Shown here: piece after piece, positions 20,620-30,688 of the stretch
How positions within the stretch are numbered: the first letter of the stretch is position 1
How the letters are laid out: the number at the start of each line of letters is the position of its first letter
NCBI GenBank assembly: GCA_022763185.1
Contig: JALEGL010000012.1
Location: forward strand, 65,546-129,545
DNA: 64,000 bases
Source: a bacterium
GTDB lineage: Bacteria > Bdellovibrionota_G > JALEGL01
Direction: 5' to 3'
Notes under the pieces: model-generated
Told to the model about the DNA's origin: nothing
Database searches by the model: none
Seen by the model: the letters and a program-made list of their open reading frames with translations, nothing else
Made by a program: the position numbers and the translations under genes

Positions 20620-21210
20620 ATGATCAATAAATTAATATATAGATACCGTGTTTTAGGACTTATAGCTTTTAGTATTACACTGTTGGCTATACAAAATTGT
20701 GCTCGTCCACTTACCTATGAAGGGCAGAGCTATTTAACCGATCCAGATGGAGATGGTGTCGATTCAATTTATGATAATTGTCCCAATGTGTATAATCCTG
20801 CGCCACAAATAGATTCAGATGGCAACGGAATAGGGGACGCCTGTGATATAGCGCCAGTAGATCTAGGTACAGCTTTTGCTAATGCAGTCTTGGTTTCTGC
20901 TGATATTGATTCAGGAAGTTGTCAAAGGCGGATTGTTTGGGAAGACTTATCCAACAATGAAAGCAAATTTGAAATTTGGATAAGGTACGAACAGTTTGAG
21001 TGGGATCAAAATGACGAGCCTAGTATGGTAGAATACGAATACGATATCGATAGCATTTATATTAGTGATCCCAGCACTGCTGAGCAAAGAAGCTATATTG
21101 ATGATACACCTCACAGTCAAATGGAAGGTGTTTATTATAAAATAATCACAAGCTATGATGATGGGTCAAAAAAAGAAACCAATTGGCTTTATTCATATGA
21201 TGGATGTTGA
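20620..21210 (+). CDS. Lipoprotein with TSP3 repeat; tandem paralog of 19773-20360
   Basis: IQNC lipobox (Bdellovibrio-like); near-identical TSP3 segment; divergent FN3-like C-terminus. Confidence 0.8.
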   Translation: MINKLIYRYRVLGLIAFSITLLAIQNCARPLTYEGQSYLTDPDGDGVDSIYDNCPNVYNPAPQIDSDGNGIGDACDIAPVDLGTAFANAVLVSADIDSGSCQRRIVWEDLSNNESKFEIWIRYEQFEWDQNDEPSMVEYEYDIDSIYISDPSTAEQRSYIDDTPHSQMEGVYYKIITSYDDGSKKETNWLYSYDGC

Positions 21211-21331
21211 ACCTCGACCTTAGAGTAAATGTGAAAAAACATATAGAATGCCACTTTTATGTTTTTCCTAAGCTAGTTTTTTGGTGGCTTGAGGTCAAAT
21301 AAATAAACTGGCATTCTTTATTTCTTTAATT

Positions 21332-22336
21332 TTAGTCCGCTGATAGGTTTAAAACATAATTGCATAACTCTGCTAAGCGGTTAGAGTAGCCCCACTCATT
21401 GTCATACCAAGCGACAACTCTTATTAAGTTATCCTGACTGTGAGTTAATTCTTGATCAATAATGCTTGACTGTGGTGTTCCTATGATATCTGAAGAAACT
21501 ATTGGATCTTTAGATATGCTCATACAGCTAGGATATTGTTGTGAGTAGTGCTCAAGAGCCTGATTGATTAAATCGTTGGTCACTGGCTTTTCAACAACAG
21601 CATGAAAGTCGACCAATGAGCCATTGGCTACAGGTACACGAATAGCTGCGCCATCAATTTTCCCTTTTAGTTCAGGTAAAACTTGTGCCACAGCGCTGGC
21701 TGCACCCGTGGTTGTGGGGATAATGTTTTGAGCTGCGGCTCGGGCTCTTCGTAAGTCTTTATGCGCAACATCCAGTACATTCTGATCATTGGTATAAGCA
21801 TGAACTGTAGTCATATATGATGTTTGTATAGTAAAGTTTTCATGAATGGCTTTTGCAACATGCGCTAAACAATTGGTTGTACACGAGGCATTGGAGATGA
21901 ATATATCATCATTTTGTAATAGGTGATCATTGATTCCCATAACAATCATTTTATCCCATGTGTCTTTTGGAGGGGCGCTTAAAATAACTTTTTTAGCACC
22001 TGCATCTATGTGAGCTTTTGCAGACTCCCTTGTTCTAAAGATTCCTGTACATTCTAGCACACAGTCTACTTGTAAAGATTTCCATGGTAGTTGAGCAGGG
22101 TTTCGCTCCTCAAGGAGTTGAATGCTTTGACCCTGAGTATGAAGTATATTATCTTTTAATCTAAGGTCTTCTTTGTATGTACCCATGATACTGTCATATT
22201 TCATCAGGTGCAAAAGCGTTTCATTTGGTGCTAAATCGTTAATAGCAACAATTTCTATATCCGGGAACTTCTGTAAAAGAATACGGGTTAACGCTCTACC
22301 AATTCTTCCAAAACCATTGATGGCAACTTTTTTCAT
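21332..22336 (-). CDS. gap: Type I glyceraldehyde-3-phosphate dehydrogenase
   Basis: INGFGRIGR, ASCTTNC and WYDNEWGYS motifs; start at MKKVAING. Confidence 0.96.
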   Translation of the reverse strand: MKKVAINGFGRIGRALTRILLQKFPDIEIVAINDLAPNETLLHLMKYDSIMGTYKEDLRLKDNILHTQGQSIQLLEERNPAQLPWKSLQVDCVLECTGIFRTRESAKAHIDAGAKKVILSAPPKDTWDKMIVMGINDHLLQNDDIFISNASCTTNCLAHVAKAIHENFTIQTSYMTTVHAYTNDQNVLDVAHKDLRRARAAAQNIIPTTTGAASAVAQVLPELKGKIDGAAIRVPVANGSLVDFHAVVEKPVTNDLINQALEHYSQQYPSCMSISKDPIVSSDIIGTPQSSIIDQELTHSQDNLIRVVAWYDNEWGYSNRLAELCNYVLNLSAD

Positions 22337-22433
22337 AAAACTTGTATAACGCACCTCAGAGCGAAAAGCAAAACTCTATAAAGTAAATGATTAGTTGAGT
22401 TTTTATGCTTTGAAGACTATTAAGGGAGAGTCT

Positions 22434-23294
22434 ATGAGGCAGGGTATAAAATTAATACACGATTTGATGAAGCCAAGAATAGCTCTGATGGTGGCATTAA
22501 CCACTGCTTTGGGATATTTTTTGACAGGTCGTGAGTTTTTAACACTTACCATGTTCGTTACAGTTTTGGCTGCGGCGATAGCATCCAGCAGTGCCAGCAT
22601 TTTTAATCAAATTCTTGAAAAAGACACAGATGGTCTTATGGATAGAACGCGTCTTCGCCCTTTGGTACAAAATCAAATCAATATTTACCTTGGTTGGTTT
22701 ATAGCGTTTATTTTAGCAGTCGTTAGCGGAGGATTGTTATGGTTTTTTGTTAATCCTATCAGCATGTGGATAACCTTAAGTACAATCATTCTCTATGCCT
22801 GGGTCTATACGCCACTAAAAAGAAAAACACATTTATCGACATTGATCGGCGCTATACCGGGTGCTTTCCCTCCTGTTATTGGTTGGGTGGCGGCTAATGG
22901 TCAATTAGATACAGGAGCCTTCATTGTTTTTGCTATTTTATTTTTATGGCAAATGCCACATTTTATTGCGATTGCCTGGATTTATGCAGAAGATTATCAA
23001 AAAGCAGGCTTCCCTATTGTAACCAGTCTAGACCCACAAAGAAACTTTACAGCTTTACAAGCGGTTTTGTACGCTGCAGCTTTGGTTCCTGTATCTCTGA
23101 TGACAACTTTGTTTAAGTTGACGGGCAAAATCTACTTTTTTGGTACGCTACTGCTTGGGGCATATTTCTTCTATGAATGCATCATGTTGCATCAGAGGAA
23201 AACAAAACAACAAGCTAAAAAAGTTTTGCTGGCTTCTGTTGTTTATTTGCCAATCTTATTTTTATTGATCATAGTGGATGCCATATTTTCATGA
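22434..23294 (+). CDS. cyoE: Protoheme IX farnesyltransferase (heme O synthase)
   Basis: DGLMDRTRLRP, YTPLKR and WQMPHF motifs; SD GGGAG before ATG 22434. Confidence 0.93.
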   Translation: MRQGIKLIHDLMKPRIALMVALTTALGYFLTGREFLTLTMFVTVLAAAIASSSASIFNQILEKDTDGLMDRTRLRPLVQNQINIYLGWFIAFILAVVSGGLLWFFVNPISMWITLSTIILYAWVYTPLKRKTHLSTLIGAIPGAFPPVIGWVAANGQLDTGAFIVFAILFLWQMPHFIAIAWIYAEDYQKAGFPIVTSLDPQRNFTALQAVLYAAALVPVSLMTTLFKLTGKIYFFGTLLLGAYFFYECIMLHQRKTKQQAKKVLLASVVYLPILFLLIIVDAIFS

Positions 23295-24199
23295 GTTATA
23301 TAGAGTTAAGTAACATTAGTTTAAATTATAAAGATTTTTTTGCACTTCAAGATATTCATTTATCTTTGAAAGCAGGAGAATATACCTTATTTTTAGGCCC
23401 AAACGGCAGCGGTAAAAGTTCATTGTTTTCAATTATGACCAGTAGTAGACCTGCTTCTATGGGGCAAATAAAGTACCAAGAAGCCTTACTGTCTTCAAAA
23501 AACTTACATGATTATAGAAGCAATATTGGTGTGTGTTTCCAATCTCCAAGTCTAGACCCGCTTTTAACGGTAGAAGAAAACCTGGTTTGTCATGGGCGTT
23601 TATTTAATTTAAACAAACGTACAATGCAAAAAAAAATCAGTGAACTTGTTGATTATTTCCAATTGGAAGCTAAAGTTGATCAGCCCGTTTCAACTTTATC
23701 AGGTGGAATGCAAAGAAAAGTGGAACTGATTAAAGCCTTGTTACCCAATGTTGAATATTTATTCTTAGATGAACCTTCAACAGGTCTTGATCCATCAGCA
23801 AGACGAGATTTGTGGAGTTTTTTAAAAAAAATTAAACAAAAGGGTATTGGTATTTGCATGACCTCACATATTATTGAAGATATAGATGCAGTGGACCAGT
23901 GTTATTTTTTAAAAGATGGAAAAATATTTTTAAATGGTAAACCTATAGATTTAATTAAAAAAATGGGTTCCCAGCTTTTAGATATAAAAACATACAAGCT
24001 CAATGAAACACTACAAGTATTAAAAGAAACCTTTGTAAATGATCAAGTTTATGCGCATGATCAATCAATTTATATTTTAAACCAAAGTCATCAAGCCTTA
24101 CAAAAAATTAATCAAATGAATTTAGCAGATATTCAATCTATATCATTAAGAGCAACGCAATTGATGGATGTGTACCATCATACCTTAAGGGATCAATAA
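23291..24199 (+). CDS. ABC transporter ATP-binding protein
   Basis: GPNGSGKS, LSGGMQRK and LDEPSTGLD motifs. Confidence 0.92.
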   Translation: MSYIELSNISLNYKDFFALQDIHLSLKAGEYTLFLGPNGSGKSSLFSIMTSSRPASMGQIKYQEALLSSKNLHDYRSNIGVCFQSPSLDPLLTVEENLVCHGRLFNLNKRTMQKKISELVDYFQLEAKVDQPVSTLSGGMQRKVELIKALLPNVEYLFLDEPSTGLDPSARRDLWSFLKKIKQKGIGICMTSHIIEDIDAVDQCYFLKDGKIFLNGKPIDLIKKMGSQLLDIKTYKLNETLQVLKETFVNDQVYAHDQSIYILNQSHQALQKINQMNLADIQSISLRATQLMDVYHHTLRDQ

Positions 24200-24952
24200 A
24201 TGTTGGCACTATTAAATAGAGAATTTATTCGCTTATCCAGACAAAAAGGGCGCTTGTTTGGAGCCTTTTTAACGCCTTTGATGATTTGGCTTTTTTTAGG
24301 TTTGGGCTTTCAAGATTCTTTTGTTTTAAATAGTAATAAGGAGATAAATTACTTTGAGTATTTTTTCCCTGGTATGGTTTTGATGACACTGATGTTCAGC
24401 GCTATATTTTCTATGATATCATTTATTGAAGATAGAAACTCTGGTTTTTTACAAAGCGTTTGGGTGTCACCTGTAAGTGGTCTGAGCATGGTGATGGCCA
24501 AAGTTTTAAGCTGTAGTCTTTTTGCTTTGGGACAAAGTTTAATCCTTTTAGTGTGTGCGTACATTTTTAAATTAAGTTTTGGATTTTCAAATTTTTTACA
24601 GATCAGTTTGATTTTGTTTTTATCCGCGGTGCTCATGAGTAGTATTGGCTTTTTATTGGCATGGTATAGCGAGAGTACGCAAACCTTTCATGTGTGGATG
24701 AATATCGTTTTGATGCCGATGTGGTTATTTTCAGGGGCCTTGTTCAGCTTTGAGTCTGTTCCAACATGGATGAATCTATTGTATAAACTTAATCCATTAA
24801 CATATAGCCTTGCAGCCATGCGTTGGTCAATGAGCAGTGAACAATTAAATATGAATATTCCTAGTTTTGGTCTCTCAAATATCATTGTCACAATATTGAC
24901 AGTGGTCTTTGTTTCTGTAGGTGTTTTTGTTTTAAATCAGAAGCGAAATTAG
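24200..24952 (+). CDS. ABC-2 type transporter permease
   Basis: Six TM segments, FFPG and NPLTY motifs; follows the ATPase. Confidence 0.9.
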   Translation: MLALLNREFIRLSRQKGRLFGAFLTPLMIWLFLGLGFQDSFVLNSNKEINYFEYFFPGMVLMTLMFSAIFSMISFIEDRNSGFLQSVWVSPVSGLSMVMAKVLSCSLFALGQSLILLVCAYIFKLSFGFSNFLQISLILFLSAVLMSSIGFLLAWYSESTQTFHVWMNIVLMPMWLFSGALFSFESVPTWMNLLYKLNPLTYSLAAMRWSMSSEQLNMNIPSFGLSNIIVTILTVVFVSVGVFVLNQKRN

Positions 24953-25167
24953 ACAAAGTTATTATTTGTTGCATGATTGAGATCTTAAAAAGAACTTTAA
25001 TCAACAAAAATATTTTTTACACAAAAAGTTTTATTGCCAAGAATTGCTTTTTATGAAGTTCAGCTGCCATAAAATTTTTTCTAACTCAAGTTATAAAAAA
25101 AACTGAATTTTTAAAACATGGATTAATTTTTTCAATTGAGATTTTGTCTTCTTCAGGAGGATGAAAT

Positions 25168-25659
25168 ATGAAAAAAATTTCAAAACAATTAAGTATAGTA
25201 TTGATGTTAACTTTTTTACTGGGGTATTGGAAAGAGGTTCAAGCACAGAAAACATATTATGTTCAACAAGAATTAGAAGAAAAATTTTCTGAAAATTGGA
25301 ACGATATTGAAAGGGTTGTTTTTTCTAAACATAGAGATGATGGCCATTTAGTCATTGCTATGCATGCGATAGGATGTAAAGATTGCAATGGGCAGTCACC
25401 TCAAATCGATATCGATTTTAAAAGAAAGTATAATAAAGATTATCTTTTTGCTTATCAGTTTGATTGTCATCAAGTTATTTTAGAAGATGCAAGAGCAATA
25501 TTTAAAAATTTTAAATCTGATGTTAGAAAGGTAAATTCTTTAGATAAGAATGTTGACTTGGTTGAAAACATACCAATGGAACATCGTTATATTTTTTATC
25601 ATCTTGTTGAAACTGCAGATGAGCTGATAAAAATATGTAGTTATCCACAAGAATTATAA
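25168..25659 (+). CDS. Hypothetical secreted protein
   Basis: SD AGGAGG, signal peptide (VQA/Q), CKDC motif. Confidence 0.6.
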   Translation: MKKISKQLSIVLMLTFLLGYWKEVQAQKTYYVQQELEEKFSENWNDIERVVFSKHRDDGHLVIAMHAIGCKDCNGQSPQIDIDFKRKYNKDYLFAYQFDCHQVILEDARAIFKNFKSDVRKVNSLDKNVDLVENIPMEHRYIFYHLVETADELIKICSYPQEL

Positions 25660-25676
25660 TTAAGTATAAAAAATAA

Positions 25677-25708
25677 AAAAGGGATATGCAAATATACATA
25701 TCCCTTTT
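25677..25708. terminator. Bidirectional intrinsic terminator
   Basis: AAAAGGGATATG / CATATCCCTTTT hairpin between convergent genes. Confidence 0.8.
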
Positions 25709-25726
25709 AACTTAAAGTCAGATCAA

Positions 25727-26134
25727 TTAGTTGTCTAAAGCCCCATCCGTGATCCAAGATAGTAGATTTTGAGAAAGACTGCTAGGCAGTGATGAACCAC
25801 TATGACTGCCACTGTTAGGATAAGTTAAGATGTAGCTGTTAGAGGGTGTAATTAAATCGACTCTTGATGTTGATTGTCCATCAATGTCCCCAGTGATAGA
25901 AGTGTAAACATCAACGCGTAAATTGTTTTCTGCTAAACTACTCCCATGGCAGAGTGTGCAGCCAGCTGATTGAAATTGTGGGACCAAATCACTACTAAAG
26001 CTTATGGATGTATTCACTGGATTGTTGTCTGGAAACTGATCTGGATCTAAATTGGTGATGTCTACTTCACCACATGAAAAAATCATCAAACTTATTGTCA
26101 GAAGAAAAGTTAAAAATAGAAAATTTTTTTGCAT
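25727..26134 (-). CDS. Monoheme c-type cytochrome lipoprotein
   Basis: Lipobox IFSC, CTLCH, PSNSYIL, distal His and WITDGA terminal helix. Confidence 0.78.
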   Translation of the reverse strand: MQKNFLFLTFLLTISLMIFSCGEVDITNLDPDQFPDNNPVNTSISFSSDLVPQFQSAGCTLCHGSSLAENNLRVDVYTSITGDIDGQSTSRVDLITPSNSYILTYPNSGSHSGSSLPSSLSQNLLSWITDGALDN

Positions 26135-26151
26135 ATCAGCTTCCTCGTTAC

Positions 26152-26679
26152 TTAGTTGTTGGCGTCCGTATGAATCAAGTCGGCTTTAAAGGTTCCAAAC
26201 ATGGTATCCCCGGTGATAAACGTGATTTCAAAATGACCTTGAAGCGTAGAACCTTCAGTTAAAGAAAAGGATTCAAAGGTAAGGTTCCCACTCTGAACAG
26301 TTGGGAAAGGAGCACGATCTTCTTCTGGTATACCGTTGTTATCAATCAATCTAAATCGAGATAAGGTGCTATTATTTAATAAATTTAAAGACACACCTTC
26401 TTCTATGGCGGGGTCAGTTTCTTGATCGTAATCATACAATAAATTTAAAGCATTTTCTTTTTCATTGGAGTTAGGAATATCTGAAGTATAAACAATGGCG
26501 ATACCCTCATTTTCAATGAATCGTATTTCAACGTCATCAAACTCCAGTGCATGAACATTTTCTATGCTTCCACGTAAGGTATTGACTGGATCCTTAGCGC
26601 AGCCAGAAAAGAAAAGGACAAAAAGTAGCGTTAAAGAGATTGGCTTTAACGCTTTTTTATAGATTAAGAAATTAAACAT
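26152..26679 (-). CDS. Hypothetical lipoprotein in the VWA adhesin operon
   Basis: Lipobox FSGC; SD GGAG; beta-rich sequence. Confidence 0.65.
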   Translation of the reverse strand: MFNFLIYKKALKPISLTLLFVLFFSGCAKDPVNTLRGSIENVHALEFDDVEIRFIENEGIAIVYTSDIPNSNEKENALNLLYDYDQETDPAIEEGVSLNLLNNSTLSRFRLIDNNGIPEEDRAPFPTVQSGNLTFESFSLTEGSTLQGHFEITFITGDTMFGTFKADLIHTDANN

Positions 26680-26714
26680 GACATCTCCAGTAAGTTCATA
26701 ACACCAACTCTATT

Positions 26715-28295
26715 TTACTCTGGGTTTTCAATATTGACAAACGGTATTTGTGAAATCTGAATTTCATTACTTACATCGCTTGTAAAAAACTCATCAATAT
26801 TAATGGTTACAACACCTTCAGATAAAATATAATCTTTAGGTTCAGTAGAACTTAACTCTTTTTGAATCATATACACTCTTATTTCATTGGTTCTTGGGAT
26901 ATCGCTTGAAATGGCTTGTGTTTGAGTTAAGGTGATGTTGGTTAAATCAACTTGATAACAGTATAAACCAGCATTGTTAATTTCTGTAAAACTAACGCTA
27001 TTTCTAATCGCAAAGTTATCTCTTAGTACAGCATCATTAAGATTAGGGTTCATCCCGGCTTTTATTTCTTGAATATTGGTCCAACCGTCACCATCGTTAT
27101 CAAAGCTTGCATCATTGATACTAGGATCAGTACCAAACTTTGCTTCGAGGAAGTCAATGATGTTGTCTTCATCCGTGTCGAACAAATCATCTTCACTGAA
27201 TATTTTTTCTTCATGACATTTATCCAATTTGTCTTGATCCAAATCATCGTCAGCATCAGGTCCAGTACAGTGAACCTCTGCAACGGCTGGAATGGATAAG
27301 GTTCTGTATTCAATCATATCTGTTACTTTATCTCCATCGGTATCCGCAACCAGAGGACTCGAGTTAAGAACTGTATTTTCAAATAAGTCAGCGGCAAAGT
27401 CCATATCTGTATCGGGGAGATAAGAAGGGTTGTTGTTACTGGTATTATGAACAGCAGCAGTCATATTAACCACAAACATATCAACCAAGATATAAGGAAT
27501 AACCAATGGTGCTAAGTTGATTCCTTGGTTTAAGAAAGTAATGTCACTGGCTGCAGTAAAGTGTAAGAAAATACCATTACCTTGTTGAGCAACTTGTTGC
27601 ATGAAGTTAAATCCAGGAGAACCAGCACTGCCCAAAAATGCAGCATTCATAACAATATCACCAATACTAAAGTTATTTTCAATATTCATGAAAAGTTGTA
27701 AGGCTTGTAAAGTTTCGGCTTCTTTGGTGACACCATCAACAATTGGTGCACCATCAGCCAATAAAATGGAAGGGAAAAAAGCGTTGGCAGCAGAGCCAAA
27801 CTCTTGTTCAAGAGATAAAATTTCCTGTTCAATTTCATCACGTGCGGTATTGATTGCTTGAGGCATGTTGGTCCAGCCGTTGGCTTCATTCAGTTCGCCC
27901 ACGGCAGAGTTTAGAATACTCAAATCACGCGTAAATCCACCTGTTAATACTTCAGCTCCACTGGCATATTTGACGATCATAATCTCATAGTTAGGTCTAT
28001 CAGGTGTAATGAATTCATTGATCACTTCTTGAGTAGCTAAGCCTCTAAATCCTTGCGGATCTGTTGTAGCCATAGATCCACTGGTATCTACAATCAGAGT
28101 AATTCTTACTGGTGAAGTAATTGAGTTGGGGTTTTGCGTACAGATTTCACCAACCACAGAGACCTTATCTGATTTTTGATTCAGAAATTTCAGATCAGGG
28201 TTTACTCCACAGTTGATGATACTTAAGCTTAAAATAATGCTTAAGGCTGTACGTTTAAGGTTTTTTATTGTTTTTATGTATGTTTGGCGCTTCAT
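26715..28295 (-). CDS. VWA-domain lipoprotein with TSP3-like Ca-binding repeats (MtsD/CglB-type adhesin)
   Basis: Lipobox IINC, MIDAS motif DTSGS, LLADG, many DxDxD repeats, CYxxxxxNITL C-terminal domain. Confidence 0.75.
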   Translation of the reverse strand: MKRQTYIKTIKNLKRTALSIILSLSIINCGVNPDLKFLNQKSDKVSVVGEICTQNPNSITSPVRITLIVDTSGSMATTDPQGFRGLATQEVINEFITPDRPNYEIMIVKYASGAEVLTGGFTRDLSILNSAVGELNEANGWTNMPQAINTARDEIEQEILSLEQEFGSAANAFFPSILLADGAPIVDGVTKEAETLQALQLFMNIENNFSIGDIVMNAAFLGSAGSPGFNFMQQVAQQGNGIFLHFTAASDITFLNQGINLAPLVIPYILVDMFVVNMTAAVHNTSNNNPSYLPDTDMDFAADLFENTVLNSSPLVADTDGDKVTDMIEYRTLSIPAVAEVHCTGPDADDDLDQDKLDKCHEEKIFSEDDLFDTDEDNIIDFLEAKFGTDPSINDASFDNDGDGWTNIQEIKAGMNPNLNDAVLRDNFAIRNSVSFTEINNAGLYCYQVDLTNITLTQTQAISSDIPRTNEIRVYMIQKELSSTEPKDYILSEGVVTINIDEFFTSDVSNEIQISQIPFVNIENPE

Positions 28296-28307
28296 GCTTA
28301 TTAATAA

Positions 28308-28422
28308 AGCAATTTTTAGGCCAGGTTGTTTTTATCTTAAGTTGTTGAATTTATTTAGTTTGTAAGGGGGTTAAACCTTTTGAAGTGCCAATTTAAGTTA
28401 CGACTCTGCAAGTATTTCATAG
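28308..28422 (-). promoter_or_regulatory. Sigma-54 promoter, IHF-like site and enhancer
   Basis: Minus strand TGGCCTAAAAATTGCT (28323-28308); TAAGTTGTTGAAT 28338-28350; TGCAAGTATTTCATAG 28407-28422. Confidence 0.8.
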
Positions 28423-28471
28423 TTGAAAAAAAGCAATGAGGTACAACTTAGGATGCTAGACTGATTTTTAA

Positions 28472-30322
28472 TCAGTCCTTGCTATAATGAATTTTTGTTC
28501 TTTGTGAAACGATGATTAGGGTTAGTATAAGCATCAAGATTAAAAATGAATTGCCAGTTTGAGCTTTACAACTTGCTACATTTGATGAAACAAAAGATGC
28601 ATAAGTTTCTGTCTGATCTGGATCAGGCACAATAGGTGTTAAAGCTTCTTCAACAACGCGTATGGTTACATCAATTTGATCAGTTCCAACTACGCTTGTT
28701 GCCTCAAAGCTTACGGGATGATCTCCTAAATCAGACATGACAGGTGTCCATGAAAATGCGCCAGTATCGGTTTCAAAGCTGGCCGTACTGGGTAAACCTG
28801 AGGCGGAAAAAGTAACGGGTATCTGATCAACAGAAGTGTCGCTAACAACAAAACTAAGGTTGGTATTGACCAAGACTTCAATAATATTACCGGATAGGAT
28901 TGGAACACCGCCAATTTCTATTGAAGGAGGGGTGGCGTTAGAGTCTGGGGTTAGATTAATCGCTTCATATGCATTAATACCACCATGTCCAAAAAAAGTA
29001 TCGTAACCCGCTGCACCTAAGTCTGTAGCACTGTCAGTTAAAATGTTTTCTACCTGCGCAACGCTAAGAAATGGGTTTTTGCCAAGAGTTAACGCAGCTA
29101 CGCCAGCAACATGCGGTGCCGCCATGCTTGTTCCGCTGATGGTGTTGTATCCACCGTTACTCCATGTTGAAGTGATGTCTGAACCGGGTGCTGAGACATC
29201 GATAAGATTACCAAAGTTTGAAAAACTGCTCTTATTCCCACTTGAAGTATGGGAAGCAACAACAATACCGCCTTCTGAGTTTGATAAAGTTCCACAATTT
29301 GCTGGCGAATAGTTGGCAGCATTTGCATTACTGTTACCTGCAGCAACCACAACAACGGTTCCTCGTGATTTGGCATAATCTATAGCGGAACAAGTGACTT
29401 GACTTGGAGGACAAGCAGATTGGCATCCTAAGCTCATATTAATGACTTGTGCGCCATTGTCTGCTGCATATTCAATACCATTGGCTATCCATGAATCTAT
29501 ACCGCCATTGACGCCAAGTACTTTGACACCCATGACTTTGGCTTTATAAGCAACTCCAACTACACCCGTTGAATTGTTACCCGTTGCTGCGATAGTCCCT
29601 GATACATGAGTACCGTGGCCATTGCTATCAGAAATATCACCATTGCCAATGTTGTTCACAAAGTTACAGCCAGCAATATCGTCAACACAACCATTGTTAT
29701 CATCATCAATACCATTGTTAGGGATTTCATTGGGGTTGTTCCAAACATTATTGCTTAAATCAATATGATTGGTTTTTACCCCCGTATCAATAACGGCTAC
29801 AACAACATTCTCACCTTGTTCAGTATCCCAAGCTTGAGGTGCATTGATAAATGACATACCCCATAAGTTTGGTAAAAGAGGGTCATTGGTTGTTGCTGTC
29901 GGTACATATTTATTGCAGTTCATTTCTGCAAACTCGATATCTGGATTGTTTTTTAAGTCATTTAAAATAGCATTTGTATCAATAACGGAACTGTTTATTT
30001 TCATGCGCTGAATTCTTTTAAAATCATGCAGCGTATTTTCATTTTTAGATAGCGCCTTTGGATCATTACTGAGTTTTTTAATTTGAATAGCACTATTGTT
30101 TTGGAGTTGATGAACACTTAAACTATTCATGAAATTTGTATTTTTTTTGGGTAAAAACATGATTTCATTAGCATTACACGCAGTGTTAGCAGCTAAATGA
30201 GTGTTATGGCTGTATGAGACAGAAACATTGGGCTCTAATTGATTTTCATTGGCGCATGATACTAAGAGTTGTATAAATAATAAGAGCAAAAGAGAGTAGG
30301 GTATCTTATTTAACGGCTTCAT
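28472..30322 (-). CDS. S8 subtilisin-like serine protease, lipoprotein, with Ig-like domain and MYXO-CTERM-like tail
   Basis: Catalytic motifs VIDTG, HGTHVSG and GTSMAAPHVAG; lipobox LVSC; C-terminal SCK-TM-basic tail; start moved to 30322 because 30346 lies inside the promoter. Confidence 0.92.
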   Translation of the reverse strand: MKPLNKIPYSLLLLLFIQLLVSCANENQLEPNVSVSYSHNTHLAANTACNANEIMFLPKKNTNFMNSLSVHQLQNNSAIQIKKLSNDPKALSKNENTLHDFKRIQRMKINSSVIDTNAILNDLKNNPDIEFAEMNCNKYVPTATTNDPLLPNLWGMSFINAPQAWDTEQGENVVVAVIDTGVKTNHIDLSNNVWNNPNEIPNNGIDDDNNGCVDDIAGCNFVNNIGNGDISDSNGHGTHVSGTIAATGNNSTGVVGVAYKAKVMGVKVLGVNGGIDSWIANGIEYAADNGAQVINMSLGCQSACPPSQVTCSAIDYAKSRGTVVVVAAGNSNANAANYSPANCGTLSNSEGGIVVASHTSSGNKSSFSNFGNLIDVSAPGSDITSTWSNGGYNTISGTSMAAPHVAGVAALTLGKNPFLSVAQVENILTDSATDLGAAGYDTFFGHGGINAYEAINLTPDSNATPPSIEIGGVPILSGNIIEVLVNTNLSFVVSDTSVDQIPVTFSASGLPSTASFETDTGAFSWTPVMSDLGDHPVSFEATSVVGTDQIDVTIRVVEEALTPIVPDPDQTETYASFVSSNVASCKAQTGNSFLILMLILTLIIVSQRTKIHYSKD

Positions 30323-30334
30323 ATTAATATAAAA

Positions 30335-30446
30335 CGCAACATACATGCCAAATATTTTCTTTTTAAGTTGTTGAATTTTTTAGATTTTTATATTGATCAA
30401 TGTTGAAAAGTGCCAATTAAAGTTACCCTATGCAGGTTTTTCATAG
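30335..30446 (-). promoter_or_regulatory. Sigma-54 promoter, IHF-like site and enhancer
   Basis: Minus strand TGGCATGTATGTTGCG (30350-30335); TAAGTTGTTGAAT 30364-30376; TGCAGGTTTTTCATAG 30431-30446. Confidence 0.8.
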
Positions 30447-30590
30447 AGATTTGTGCTGACGTATAGCAATGTCAATATTAAAAGTTGGTCATGAAATTCA
30501 TTAATCTGGTGTCAAACTATACATAGTCCTGAAAAAAACATGTTTGTGAGTTACTTCAGAAAATAGTTCAACCTTAGTAGAAATAAAATA

Positions 30591-30635
30591 AAATAGAAAA
30601 GGCGCGCTAAGGGGAATCACTTCTTAGCGCGCCTT
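30591..30635 (-). terminator. Intrinsic terminator of the aglS-gltF-gltG operon
   Basis: AAGGCGCGCTAAG / CTTAGCGCGCCTT 13-bp stem followed by a U-rich tract on the minus strand. Confidence 0.8.
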
Positions 30636-30688
30636 CTGTTGATTTAACCCATCTTTACTTTCAGAAGTAAAGAAGCCAAACATACCTC

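Noticed and set aside
21245..21317. Short inverted repeat AGAATGCCA / TGGCATTCT between convergent genes
   Set aside because: Only about 9-10 bp with a long spacer; at most a weak terminator
25031..25050. TTGCCAAGAATTGCT as a sigma-54 site for the 25168 gene
   Set aside because: No GG at -24 with 10-nt spacing
30323..30346. ORF-track start of the subtilase at 30346
   Set aside because: This ATG lies inside the sigma-54 -24/-12 element and would not be transcribed
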